From the NCBI GenBank assembly GCA_028534125.1, contig CM052817.1, positions 93,746,001 to 93,810,000 of the forward strand: a DNA stretch of 64,000 nt, read 5' to 3'. The position numbers were made by a program, and so were the translations under genes. Positions 12,430-25,140 of the stretch are shown here, in pieces; position 1 is the stretch's first letter, and every line of letters begins with the position of its first letter. The DNA comes from Lama glama. Lineage: Eukaryota. The notes below the pieces were generated by a model that was given only the letters and a program-made list of their open reading frames with translations, was not told the origin of the DNA and did no database searches.

Positions 12430-13190
12430 GGCAGCAAAGAATCAAGCATTTGTCACCCAAAGAAATGCATTTGTTGATGAAGGCATACATTGAGCCTAAT
12501 TGCTACACAATATAGGGAGAACACACTCTGCCCAGAGATCACAGCAATCAGAAAGGTTTCACAGCGGATGCTGTGTCTGCACAGCATCAGGACAGATAAG
12601 TAGGAATGGCCTCAGGAGAAGCATTTCACGCAGAGGGAGCATCGTATATACAGAAGCATGTCAGAGGGGCAAGAACAGCCTAGAGGCTCAAGGGGGCTGG
12701 AACCTAGAGCTGCACAGACGAATGTCAGGAAGCAAAGCCGTGCCGTCAAGAGGAAAAGCATGATAGTGCAGGATCAAGGGTAGCTTTGGCCTTAGTTTGG
12801 AATTAGTTTCATAGGCAATGGGGAACAGGGGCAGGATTCATGTTTTAGGAACTTGTTAGTAGGGTGGAGGACGGATTGGTGAGGAACAACACTGGATGCA
12901 GAAAGAACCATACGAAGGGGCTATTGCAATAGCCCGCGGTAAACGTGAGGAAGGCCAACTCGAACTAGAAGCAAGGCAGTGAAGATAAGAGGTAGAATTT
13001 ATACGTTCAGGTGGCTAAATATATATGAAAGTTCAGAAAGGCTAATTTTTCTAAGATGACCTCCAGGTTTCTGGCTTAAATAGTTGATTGTTTAGTAATG
13101 TTTTCAACAGAGACAGGAAATTTAAAAAGAGACTCCGTGTCAGAGAAAGGAATTAAAAAACAGTGAGTTCATTTCGCACGTGCTGGCACT
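12430..13190 (-). mobile_element. L2 LINE fragments
   Basis: 'ataggcaatggggaa...gattcatgttttagga...gctattgcaatagccc...gatgacctccaggtttctggctt' are typical antisense L2 motifs. Confidence 0.6.
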
Positions 13191-14729
13191 GAGGGCTCTT
13201 CCAAGCTCACAGGGCCCACAGCTGCTGGGCTTGCTTCCACGGCAAACTCAGCCAGAGGGACCACGCTGAGGTGAGAATGGCCCCGGGAGCTTCCCACGAT
13301 GCACTGCGGGGAACTTTCAACTACTTTCCTGGGCACCAAACTGACACCAGACCTTAATAAATAAACGTGTCATATTTTAATAAACTATAGCTAAGCTACA
13401 GACAACCATTTTTTTAACACCACTAATTTACCATGTCCTCATTAGAGCAGACATTAAGGGCATGACAGGTGTTTGAAAACATGATATGGATTAATGATGA
13501 GTCTGAAATTCCACCACTGATAGTTTATTACTCTTAAAATGTTGTGCTCTCCAGGAATCTGTATTTTAAAAGTGCAAATACCTTTAGATCCATACACAGA
13601 GTTATTATTACTCATTGACAAATCTGTTTTTCTTCATTAATCTAGTTGAAAGCAAGACACTAAGGAAACAGGAGATTTGGTGGGGCGGGGGTGGAGGAAT
13701 GAGGTCCTCTGAAGCACAGAGGAGGGGAGGGCATGAAAAAAGTCTCTACTTTTTCTCTGGGATCAGAAGTCATTATTAAGAGGCCCAGAACCTTTCCAGA
13801 GGTAAGATGGACTTGGGGTGGGGTTCAAAGGAAATAGGAAATCATTAAAAGCCAACCTCATGATTTTAGCTCTTGGGGCTCAACTTTCAAAATCTAGTAC
13901 AGTGTGGTGTGAGAAGACTATAGTGGAAGCATTAAAAACAGACAGGGTTGTGCTTGCAAAATACTGACAACTCTTTGTTGGTTGGTTTGTTTTTACAAAA
14001 TCAGTGGGTTTCTTGGTCATGAGAGTTTGCCAGTATGGGCACTGGTTGCATCCCCTTGGTTGGGAATAAAGCCAGTGGCCTAAGTCCAATATCAATGTTC
14101 AGTTTTAAATGAATGTAAAATTTTATAATAAAGATAAATCTCCATTTGCTCATGTTCATATAAGTAAAAGAGCTACAATTGGTGGAAAGCCCTAAGCCAG
14201 TCTCTCGGCTTGTAGAGTGGATGAACTATTCTGACAGATCATTTTTTTCAGTGAATTGATAGCATTGGTTTTCCCGCCTAATAAACTGGTACCATGAGCA
14301 TCAAATCTTCATCTCCTCTATTAGGTGAGACCATTCCCACTGCCCTCCCACCACATTCTTTCATTAGGCGAGAACCCCGGGTCAGAGTTTCTTTTACCGA
14401 TTATAGGCCTCATCAATTCCCCAATCTCAGTTTTAAGAGGCTCTAATAGGAATTTAAGTTTCCTATAACTAACAAGCAGTTCCAACAGCAAAAGAATGAG
14501 GAAGGGAGGAGTGAGTACAGAATTAAAGGGATACCACTCTGTGCCAAGTCCTCTGAGAAGCCGTGGTGACACAAGCACGGTGTCTACTTCTGCGTGGCTC
14601 ATGGTCAAGCACAGGAAACAGCTGTGAGGTGTGCAGATCGCCACAAGGAGGGGCAAAAATTCTTAACCACAGAAAAAAGGAACCACCTACCTAGGGATGC
14701 AAGACAGGCTACCAAGGAGATGGTGTTAG

Positions 14730-16260
14730 CCTATCAGTCAGTCAATCCTATTAAGGCAGATGCTCTTTTAGATGCTAGGGATCACACTCTGGTGGGGAAG
14801 TGGAAGAAGAAAGGGTGTCCTGCACCTAGGAAGTGCTGGGGAGAAATGAAATCATGGAAAAGGACGACTGCGGGGGCTCATGGGCCAGGGTGGTCAGGGA
14901 AGACTTCTTTAAGGACGTGAAGAAAGAGCTGGTCGTGAGAAGCTCCGACCTGACACTACAGCAAAAATAAAATTCCTAGGTACAAACAAACTAGCCTGCC
15001 ATATCTGGGGAAAGGAACAGGGCCAACTACAGCACAGCGGACAGAGGGCAGAGAGAAATGAGGAAGGGCAGAGGTCCTCAGAGGTGAGATCACGCGGGCC
15101 TTTGGATCATGTGGCAGAAGTCTTCACTTAGTTCTAAGTAGAAGCTACTGGCGAGCTTTAAAACCAGACATGTTGTGGTCTGATGTATGCCGTAGTAGAG
15201 AGGTTCTCTGGCAACTGTGTGGAGAACCCATTTTAGGCGAGCAAAAAACGGAGTCCAGGACACTGATTAGGCTGTGGTTCAGGTAAGATGATGGTGACAC
15301 AAATCCAGGGGTGAGATCACAGTGGCTTGGACGGGGGCTATAGATCTGGAGATGAGGAAAATGTGTAAGATTCAAGATACATACTTGGTAATGAACTGAC
15401 AAGACCTATTAATGAATCTGATACAGAATAGGAGGACAAGGGAAATCAAGGCTTACTGTCAGGTTCAGTCTAAACGGCGCTATAAATGGTACCACTTTTA
15501 CTGAGATAAGGAAGGTTTAGAAGAAATTTCAAGAGTTTCCTGGCCATGTTTGGTATGAGATTCTAATTAGACAGCCAACTGGAGAGAAGGAGATAACTGG
15601 AGACATGAGTACAAGAGAGGTAAAAGGGAGGCCCAGGCTAGGGATATCATTTTTTGAGCCATTAGAGAATAAATAGTTCGGAAACTCCCCCAACAAGACC
15701 CTGTGTTGTGTCATTAAAGTTACATGTACGAGGCATCTGCAGTGTGTAAAGCGGATACCAGTCCTTGTGCTGGGATAAACAGGATGGCTGTCCTAAGGAG
15801 CTTCCAGCAGAGTGTGTGCCTGCATGTGTCTCTGGGGTGGGCGTGGACATAAATAAGTAAAACACACAGCAGAGGAAATAGCTATAAAAGAGACCAGAGC
15901 AAAGTGGAGCGGGGATCCAGTGAAAGATGTGATTAATTCCAACCGAACAACCTGTTCCTTGGAGGCTATAACATTTCAGGTGACCATTAAATAATGCGTG
16001 GATATTGGTAGGTGGATGAAGAGGGATAGGGTTGAAGGTCCAGTGTGGGCAATAGCAGGGAGGTACAAAAGCGAATACAAAACAGCATGATGGAGCTGGA
16101 AGGAATGAACACATAAATGCAACACAGTCCCCAACAGGGAAGGAGCTTAAGGTCTATCAAAGGAGACCTACATGTACACAAATAATGAAAGTGGCTACAC
16201 AAAGAGGTCGGAGGAGGGTGTGGATGAAGGATGACAGCATACTGACACTGTGAGCTGATG
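14730..16260 (-). mobile_element. Long L2 LINE remnant
   Basis: Colinear antisense L2 motifs ('gagaggttctctggcaactgtgtggagaa', 'gggaaatcaaggcttactgtcaggtt', 'tttcaggtgaccattaaataatgcgtggatattgg'). Confidence 0.65.
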
Positions 16261-17559
16261 CTTTAAAGACCCATTCTAGCAGTACCATTGCTCCCCCAGT
16301 CTGAATCCAGGAAATATCTTCTCTTAGAAACTGATGCTGGAGATAAAAATCAAGAACCATCCTCTGGAGACGGGCCAGGGAGACCAGGCTATTATGCCTG
16401 CAAATTCTCAGTAAAAACGGGTCTTGCTGTCTTTTGCACTTTGTCATACACCATGGCATTAATTTGACGATAATTAATATCAGCAAAGAAATTAGAACAC
16501 TGGTGTGGTATGAGACCAGACATAAAATCCAAAGGTCATGGTCTTCTACTAAAAAAGTTACTTATTTGCATTTACTCTTGCTTGCAAACCATTGCCAAGG
16601 CATAGATAGATTATTTACCGTGTACTTATGTCCTTATATTTCAAGGTGGCACAAGTCTCTAATTGAACAGACATTGTTCATTATTTTAAAAATCACACGG
16701 GCTATGCACACAGGCACACGTGCAAACCAATGCACATGTGCACTTACTTCTCTCGCTATGGCAGATACACTGAGATACTTCTTAATCTGAGATCTACTTA
16801 ATCTGAGATGAAATTCTTTTTTACTGGATGGGCTACACTTTGCTTGAGCTTCAATGTGTATGTTTGTCAGAGAGCAGACATGACATAAGATCCTGCAGTC
16901 TCTGTATTCCTGAAGTGCCTTAATTTTGGAGCATGAATCACAAAGTAGAGATATGTGAAGAAGAAATGCATGAGTATGGAACATGTAAGCAGAAAATACT
17001 CTTCTGTCAGACGTAGCAGAAGGGCAGTGACTAAAATTTCTCCTGGTGCTGTTTCCCCAGCAGAGAATTAAATTGGCCTGAATTTCTGGAGGGTAATAGC
17101 CACCTGGTCCGATGCAGAACAGAACAGTAGTGGATACCTGCCCTCCATCACTGTTCACAGGGCTTGGCCACAAGCATCGTTATTACTAGGCAGTATTGAA
17201 AACTGAGATGAGAGGATCCAGTATAAAGCCACTGTGGGGCTTTGTTTCATGTCTTCTTTTTGTTTTCTTTCACTTTTTGTTAGCGTTCTTTTTAAGAGGA
17301 AAGAAAGTACGTGTACACAAATGTAATCACAGAGGCTTTCCTTAAACCCATTGCTCACAGACTCAAGAATGATGTCTCCCTTCCTATCTGGAGTGTATAA
17401 TTCTAAGATGATCAGAGAGAAACTCGCCACCTGGACGGAACAACTAGTTTCGGGGGCCTGCCTGCAGCCGCCTGAACCAAGGTGCTCACACTGGTGTTGG
17501 TAACATACAGGCAATCAGTGCACCTAAGGTGAAGACACCTCAGGGCTCCTCTTCCAGCC

Positions 17560-17800
17560 ACTCTTCACCATGACATTCCTTCAGCCTCAGCTTGAAGACC
17601 AGGATGAGAAAGTGCTCTGCCTCCCTCCAGAGGCAGAGGAGTCAGACTGGGACAGCTCTGATAACCAGAAAATTCTTCTTTTCATCTGAGTTGAAATCCG
17701 CTTCCGTGTAACTTTGATCCACTTGTTCTTGTTCATCCACTGGAAACTACACTGAGCATAATGCCTCTACATTCAGCATCTGAAATATCTGAAGGCAGGA
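17560..17800 (-). mobile_element. CR1/L3 fragment
   Basis: 'agaaaattcttcttttcatctgagttgaaatccgcttccgtgtaactttgatccacttgttcttgttc' resembles the antisense CR1 3' region. Confidence 0.6.
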
Positions 17801-17959
17801 ATTACCAGTATTCCAACGACAGCTGCTTCATAAGCACTTATTTAATTATAAGTACCTCGTTACATACTCACTCTCTATTTTGTTTTAAATCAACCTTTCC
17901 ATCTATAATGTGGTTGCCAGGGTTACTCATTGATTTTTGTCTTCTGCATTTTCCGTTTG

Positions 17960-20900
17960 TCTTTCTTTAACTAAAATCTTGGTCTTAAACATATTTTAGA
18001 CTTACAGGAAAAAAAAATCGCAAAGAAGAGGGGAGAGTTTCCATATACCATAAATACCCAATTTCCAGTATTATTAACATTAGTATGGGACATTTGTCAC
18101 AATTAATGAAATTATATTGACACATTATTATTAACTAAAAGTTTAGACTGTATTCAGATTTCCTTAGTTTTTAACTAATGTCCAGGATCCCATCTAGACA
18201 CAATGTTACATGAGGCTCCTTTTTTTTTCTTTAATATAAGTATAGCTGATTTGCAATGTTGTGTTAGTTTCTGGTGTTCAGCATAGTGATTCAGTTATAC
18301 ACATAAATATATATCCCTGTTCATATTCGTTTCCATTACAGGCTATTACACGCTATTGAATATAGTTCCCTGTGCTGTAAGTAGACCCTTGTTGTTTATC
18401 TATTTTATATATAGTAGATACAAACATTGGGCTCCTCTTGATCATGACAAGTTCTCAGACTTTCTTTGTTTTTGATGACCTTGACACTTTTAAGGAATAC
18501 TGGTCAAGTATCTAGTAGAATGTCCTTCAATCAGAATTGTTTGATGATTTTCTCATCATTAGACCAGGATAATGGGTTTACAGAGAAAGACTGTGTTGGT
18601 AAAGTGACATTTTTAACACATCATGTCAAAAGCCCATAGTATGAACGTGTCATCACTGCTGATGCTGACCTTGATCACACGGTGAGGTGGTGTTTGTCAG
18701 GTTTCTCCACCTGTAGTTGCTCTTCCCTCACCCCCCTTTCCACACTGTACTCTCTGGAGGAACATCACGGTTCAGATCCCATATTTAAAGAGTGGGGAGT
18801 TAAGTCCCATCTCTTTGTGAATGGAATATCAACATACATTATTTGGAATTCATTTGCATAGGATATTTGTCTTTGCCCCCCATCTACTTATTTTTAAGTC
18901 ATTTATTTATACCTTTTTTTTTTATTTATACCTTTAGAGACCCACAGATATTTATTTTATACTTTGCATTACAGTCCAGTATTGCTTTATTCATTTTGTC
19001 CCTGGAATTATTCCAGCTTTGGCTACTGGAAACTCCTTCAGTTGGCTCCTGTATTTCTTTGAGGGGTTTTATTTGTTTGATTTTGTTTATTTATTTGTTT
19101 ATTCAAGTATTTCCTCACTTTTAGGCATTGTAAGATTCTATGAGCTCATCTTGTATATTTCCTGGCCCACATCTAAAATCAACCATTCCTCCCAGATGCC
19201 TGGTTTTATATAATTTATACACTAAAGAATGATATTAGAAACCAAGAATTGAGAGTTAGATATGCTTATTGCTATTGGGGTGAAGTTGCTTGGAGGTTCT
19301 TTCAGCTCACAGAGCAAAAGATATGTGTGTATATACTTACCCATGTTATATGCATGTCTAAAAATATTTCCATATGTAACTACTTGTACCTATATTAAAC
19401 TAAACAGGAGTTCCCATCGATGGCTCCAACTCTAATCCATTACATGAATCATTCTAGCTTCCTCCCTAACTTATCTGCAAATTTCCACTCCCACACTGAG
19501 AAATCTGGCTCCACTATCCATTCCCCGTGTACTTAGCTGTTCGAGTGTACTTGTAAAGCAATGCCCAAATTGTAACCTGTCCCCAGGTGGGAAGCAATTT
19601 TATGTAGTTCTTATTCATGGTTTCTTTTGACTTTACTCTTAAGGATTCAACTCATTTTCAAACTTACTTAATCAGTATCTTTTCCCTCTTACCCCATTCA
19701 GTGAGGCTGTCTCATACTTTTTGTAATACAGTTACATGTTTCATTAAAGTCTGCATTCTATTCTGGGAATCCTCCCAAGGTACTAATGGTTTTTTTTTTT
19801 AATCTGCATACATTAAGGTTTACTCATTGTGCTGGAAAGGTCTATGGGTTTTGACAAATGCATAGTGTCATGTATCCACCAGGATAATTGAATACAGAAT
19901 TGTTTAACCATCCTAAAGTGTCTCCCACACTTCACTTACTCAACCCACGTGCCATCATGGTGTCTCACTGCTGTTTTAACTTCAAGTTCCCTAGTGACGA
20001 ATGATGTTGGCTTCTTTTCCTATCCTTATTTACCATCTATATGTTTCCTTTAGTGAGATGTCAGTTTGGATCCTTTCCCCAGTTTAAAAATCAGATCGTT
20101 TAAATTTTTCAAAAAATTCTTTATATATTTTAGATAAGAGACTTACATCAAATACGAATTTTGAAAATATTTTCTGCCCATCTGTGACTTGTCTTTTCAC
20201 TCTCTTAATAAGTGTCTTTCGCAGAGCATAAGCTTTTAATTTTAAGAAGTCCAACAGATAAGTTTTTTTATTTATGGATCATGCTTCTGGTGCTGTATCT
20301 TAAAAGTTACCACCAAACCCAAGGTCACCTAGATATTCTCCTATATTACTTCTAAAAACTCTGCAGCTTCATATTTTACGTTTTGTACTTCCACATTTTC
20401 CAATTATCTCTATGATCCATTTTGATTTAATTTTTGTAAAGGGTTGTAAGCTCTGTGTTTAGAATTCATTTTCTTGTGGATGAATGTCCAATTATTCCAG
20501 CACCATTTGTTAAAACATATCCTTTCCCCACTGAATTACCTTTGTTTCTTTATCAAGGATCAATTGACTACATTTGCATTAGTTTATTTCTGGGTGCTAC
20601 ATTCAATTTCATTAATCTATGTGCCTGTTCTTTCACTGATTCCATACTCTGTTGATTATTATTGCTGTACAGCAAGTCTTGAAACCTGTTGGTATAAGTC
20701 CAACAACTTTGTCCTTCTGCAGTATTGTATGGCTTTTTCAGGTGTCCCAGCTTTCCATATGAAGTTTAAAATAGATTACTGGGATTTTTGTTGAGAATGC
20801 ACTGAATGTAAAAACCAAATAAGAGAACTGACATCTTGACAGTATTGAGTCTTCTAATCCATCATGTGGTTTTCCATTTATACATCCTATACATATTTTG

Positions 20901-21460
20901 TTAGTTTTATACCTCTAAGTATTTCACTTTTTGGTGCTACTGTAAATGGTATTTTTTTTAATTTTCAAAATCAAATTGTTAATTGCTGGTATGTAAGAAA
21001 ACAATTGATTATTGTATATTAACATTGAATCTTGCTAACTAGCTATTCTTAGTTACTTCTTTGGGGATTTTTTCCCCATCAATTCTTTGGGATTTCTACA
21101 TAGATAATCATGTCATCTGCAAACAATCCCTTCCCAATCTATATACCTTTCATTACGTTTTACTGTCTTACTGCATGAGCTAGTACTTCCAGTATGAGGT
21201 TGAATAGGATTGGTAAGAGTGAACACCCTTGCCTTGTTTCAGATCTTAGAAGGAAAGTATCCAGTTTCTCACCATCAAGTATGATGTTGACTGTAGGTTT
21301 TTTTGTAGATGTTCTTTATCAAGTTGAGGAAGTTCCCCTCTGTTCATAGTTTGATGAAATTTTTTAATCATAAAGGGGTATTGGACTTCTGTCAGTTGCT
21401 TTTTCTGCACCAATAGATATCATATAATTTTTCTTCTTTAGCCTCTTGACATGGTGGCTC
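17960..21460 (-). mobile_element. L1MC-type LINE-1 (3' UTR plus degenerate ORF2), ~3.5 kb
   Basis: Antisense L1MC 3' end ('attaatgaaattatattgacacattattattaactaaaag') continuing into ORF2-derived sequence ('tccaattattccagcaccatttgtt', 'atcatgtcatctgcaaac', 'gttgaggaagttcccctct'). Confidence 0.85.
18221..18423 (-). mobile_element. Younger artiodactyl/camelid L1 3' end nested in the L1MC
   Basis: T-tract plus 'aagtatagctgatttgcaatgttgtgttagtttctggtg'. Approximate TSD acatgaggctcct (18208-18220) / acattgggctcct (18424-18436). Confidence 0.8.
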
Positions 21461-21699
21461 TTTATCTCCTAAAACTATGGTAACTCTTCTCCTTCTATAG
21501 AGAGTACAATGTGAAGATTGCCTCCTTTGTTTCCAACATAAATAAAACATGAGTTAATTCTCCAAATTGATTGGAAACTTGTGCTTGCCATCGACTAAAG
21601 CCCCAAGCTTATTTTTTCTTATGAATTTTTATTAATTTAGATATCTTCCATTCTCTACTTAATCTCTCAATATATGATGTTCCATTTATTAGTATAGCT

Positions 21700-22000
21700 C
21701 ATGGTACATTTATGCAACAAACATTTATTGGCTGCCGTCTATGTGCTGTTCTATTCCAGGTGCTGAGGACTGAGCATTGAGCCAAACAGGCAAGTCCTTG
21801 CTCTCCTGGAGCTTGCATTCGGATGCAATTCTGGTGACAAGACATAAATAAACCAGTGGCTGTATCAACAGATCCTAGTAAGTACTATGGAGAAGTAGAG
21901 CAAGGTTTGGGACTAGCCAGGGGCACTGGAGGCTGAGATGCTAGTTCACTGAGTGTGGTTAAGAATGGCCTCTCACACTGAATGTGATACTTGATGAGAA
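21700..22000 (-). mobile_element. L2 3' end
   Basis: 'caacaaacatttattggctgccgtctatgtgc...ccttgctctcctggagcttgcattc'. Confidence 0.7.
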
Positions 22001-22109
22001 ATCAATCTATTAAGATTTTCCTTTCAGTCCTACCATCCAGTGCTACCATTCATGGCTTTGTGTTGCTAAAAACAATCAACAGGGCAAAGCCAAGAACAAC
22101 TTGATGGCT

Positions 22110-22671
22110 ATATTAGCTTTCAACTGTGTTAACTCAGCTAAGCAGGAACTACATTTCCCAGAATTCCCTTCCCTCAGGGTTCTGGGCTAAGATTGGCCGC
22201 AGGAGAAGTTCAGGTGTGACTGGATGGCAAAAGCGACCAGCAGCTATATTTGAGCTTGGAAGCCTGGCATTCAGCTGAGTGCTTTGGGGTCCCCTACAGA
22301 TGGGTTATGAATCAGCTGGCTGACTTCACTGGAGGCAGCAGCTGCCAGGGCCACACCTCCGTCAGCCTCTCCCACTCCTAGGCCAGGTGCATGTTTGGGC
22401 CTCAGTTTCTCCTGCCAGATGCCTGCATCAAAGGAATTGGAAACCTGGAGGCTGAAGTAGGAGCCAGACCATCCTCCTCACACATTCCTGTTTATCCTTG
22501 CTCTCCCCAACTTCATCTTTTCTTCCTGACTTCCTGGCCCAGCAAAAGCAGCAGCTTTACATAAACAGTTCAACCAGTTCCCACAGTTGTATGAGGTCAA
22601 ATCCCTATAATCAATGCTTTATTTCGTATCATTCCTAGGAGTTCTTCTATAGTTGAACCCTGATTGATACA
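22110..22671 (+). mobile_element. ERVL-class solo LTR (LTR40/41-like)
   Basis: Starts 'aactcagctaagcaggaactacatttcccagaattcccttccct' and ends 'gaaccctgattgataca', an ERVL-type 3' terminus. Confidence 0.7.
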
Positions 22672-22679
22672 GAGACCTA

Positions 22680-23200
22680 CCATTACCTCCTTTTCTCACA
22701 CCATTTGCAATTTAACTGGGAGTAGATAATCATTCAGCCAACCACGAATTCATTTTGCTGTGCTATTATCTGTACCAAATTTCTGCATATGGTCTATAAT
22801 GATATCATCAGGAGATTCACAAATACTTCCCTAAAATCAAAACTATCATACCTATAGCTTTCCCTGGACCTCCCACTCTTAGAAACACACTACAAGAAAA
22901 ACAAATGAAGGTAATTTAGCACGATTCCTGGTAATCACCATTTCTGTTTCTAAGAGCTGACAAGTTACTTGTTTAATAATTCCTTCCAGAATTTTGTAGG
23001 AAATTGCTGTCAGACTCACTACCTAGTAATTTACAGAATTCATCTTCTTCTTTCTTTGAAAAAAAATGGCACTTCTCTGGTTCCCTGGGATTCTTCAGAG
23101 ATTACTGACGGTGTTTCTCTAATCACAGCTATAAATTTTTCTGAACCCCAAGGATGTAATTTGTCTGACCCTGGAGACTGGTATTAATTTAAAGCAATGT
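22680..23200 (-). mobile_element. CR1/L3 internal fragment
   Basis: 'caaatacttccctaaaatcaaaactatcatacctatagctttccctgg' and 'tgacctggagact'-like motifs resemble antisense CR1 RT sequence. Confidence 0.5.
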
Positions 23201-23332
23201 GACGTTCTCTTACTATTTCTTGTCAAGATTGTTACCAGCTGTGGGCTAAGGTCTATTACCCACTTGTTCTGGCCAAGAGAAAACAAGCTGGGTGCAGCCC
23301 ATAGACAAAGCAATGCTGCTCAGTATGCATAT

Positions 23333-23490
23333 TGCGATGGTTCTCAAACGCTAATGTGCATATAAATTACCTTGCTAAAATGCAGGGTTTTCTTTAGCAG
23401 GTATGGATGGAGCCTGGGATTCTGCATTTTAAAACAAGCTCCCAGAGTGGGCAACACTGCTGGTCCATGAGTCACTTGTTGAGTAGTGAG
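23333..23490 (+). mobile_element. MER5A-like hAT MITE
   Basis: 'tggttctcaaac...gagcctgggattctgcattttaaaacaagctcccag...gctggtcc'. Confidence 0.75.
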
Positions 23491-24221
23491 AATGTAGTGA
23501 GAAGCAAAAGCATGTTTCCTGTGAAGCTAATGAAGCTCCAAGGCCCATCACCTGCGCTGCCTCCCTTGGATACTGGAAGGTGACGATAGCTAGAGAATAT
23601 CCTGTATGAGAATTTGAGGGAACCAGGCTGCAATTAGGAAGCATTTCTAGATAAGCATGTCTGGCAAAGTACTTAGAGATCTCAGGAAAAAAGAGACCTG
23701 AATCTCTGAGGTTTGGGTAATTTTTTGTGATTTCTTTTCTCATTCTAAACAATCAATTTGTATCTAACCTTGGAAATCATTTTGCATTCTCTTACTCAAA
23801 GTGGACCCCCCCCCGCAACAAATATATACATGTCAGACTCCAGAACACCTGGATCGAACCCAGCCTGAAGGCTATGAATTTCAGAGCCACACAAAGCTGA
23901 GATTAAACTCCAGATCTGCCAGCTACTAGTGAGCTGATGCAGACACAGATTCTGGCCTGGATTTGAGGGTGATCATGAAAAATGACTGGAACTCAGTTCA
24001 AGGGTGCTTTGAATCTGACTTATTCCTGAACTAGCAAAGCAATGCAAAAAAAATATATATATATACATATATGCACAAGGTATAGGTCCAGTTGGGAACT
24101 GAATATCCACGCTGCCTTCTTTATATCCCACAGATGTATATCCAAAGTTTTACGATCTCAGTAACTGTGTGCGGGGAAAGTTCCACTGAGGCAGAGTGTG
24201 CTACAGCTGTGGATTTTTATA

Positions 24222-24757
24222 TGTGGTGGATAGACCCTCGGGTGACCACCCAATACTCCTCACCTCTTGTTGTTAAAGGCCTTTGCGTAAATCCCTCCCC
24301 TCGTGACTTGCTTCTAATCAATGGAATATAGCAAAGATAACAGAATGTCACTCTCACAATTATATTACAGCAGCCTGGAGAAAGAAAGACTGATTCTCCC
24401 ACTAGCCTTGAAGAAGTGTGAATACAGGTGAAGTGCCAATGGAGAGAGCCACATGGCAGGAAACTGCACGTGGTCTCTAGGAAGCTTGGTCAATTCTAGT
24501 CTCTAGGACCTCAGTCCTACAGCCTCAAGGAACTGAACTCTGCCAACAATCACGTGAGCTTGGAAGAGGACCCTGAGCTCCAGAAAGGAATGCAACCTGG
24601 CCAACAACTTGACTGTAGCCTGGTGACTCTCAGAGCAGGGGGTCTAGCTGAGCTGTGCCCAGACTTCTGACCCACAGAAACTGTGGGATAATAAATATTG
24701 TAGACTTAAGCCCCTAAGTTGTGGTAATTTGTCATATAGCAACAGAAAATTAATATA
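24222..24757 (+). mobile_element. MaLR solo LTR (MLT1E/F-like)
   Basis: Starts TGTGG, contains 'cctcagtcctacagcctcaaggaactgaactctgccaacaa' and ends 'gtggtaatttgtcatatagcaacagaaaattaatata'. Confidence 0.85.
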
Positions 24758-24974
24758 AGGCACCAGGCCACATGGCACCTTGGAACCACTACTGTTATTT
24801 AGATGAGGCAGCAATTCTTCTGCTGAGGAAGATTTGTCCCCAAGCCTAATACCCTGATTCCAGAACACAAAGTTCTTGCTGGCCAAGCCCTGGAGTTACC
24901 TCTGCTTCTCTTCATCTACCTTACAGAGCTTAGGCGTTTTCAATATACATTTCTAGGGACCACTATGGAAGACC

Positions 24975-25140
24975 TCAGCACAGCCTACCAGAAATTTGCA
25001 AGGCCCAGTGCACAATGAAAACATGGGGCCTCTTGTTACAAAGATCTTTAAGAATTTCAGGATGGTGGCCCCAGAGCATTAAACCAAGCGTGGGCTCATC
25101 TAAGGACAGGGCCCCATGCAACTGGTCATGAAGCTGGATC
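24975..25140. mobile_element. MER91-like hAT-Tip100 MITE
   Basis: 'ggcccagtgcacaatgaaaacatggggcctcttgtt...ttaagaatttcaggatgg...cagagcattaaaccaagcgtggg'. Confidence 0.7.
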
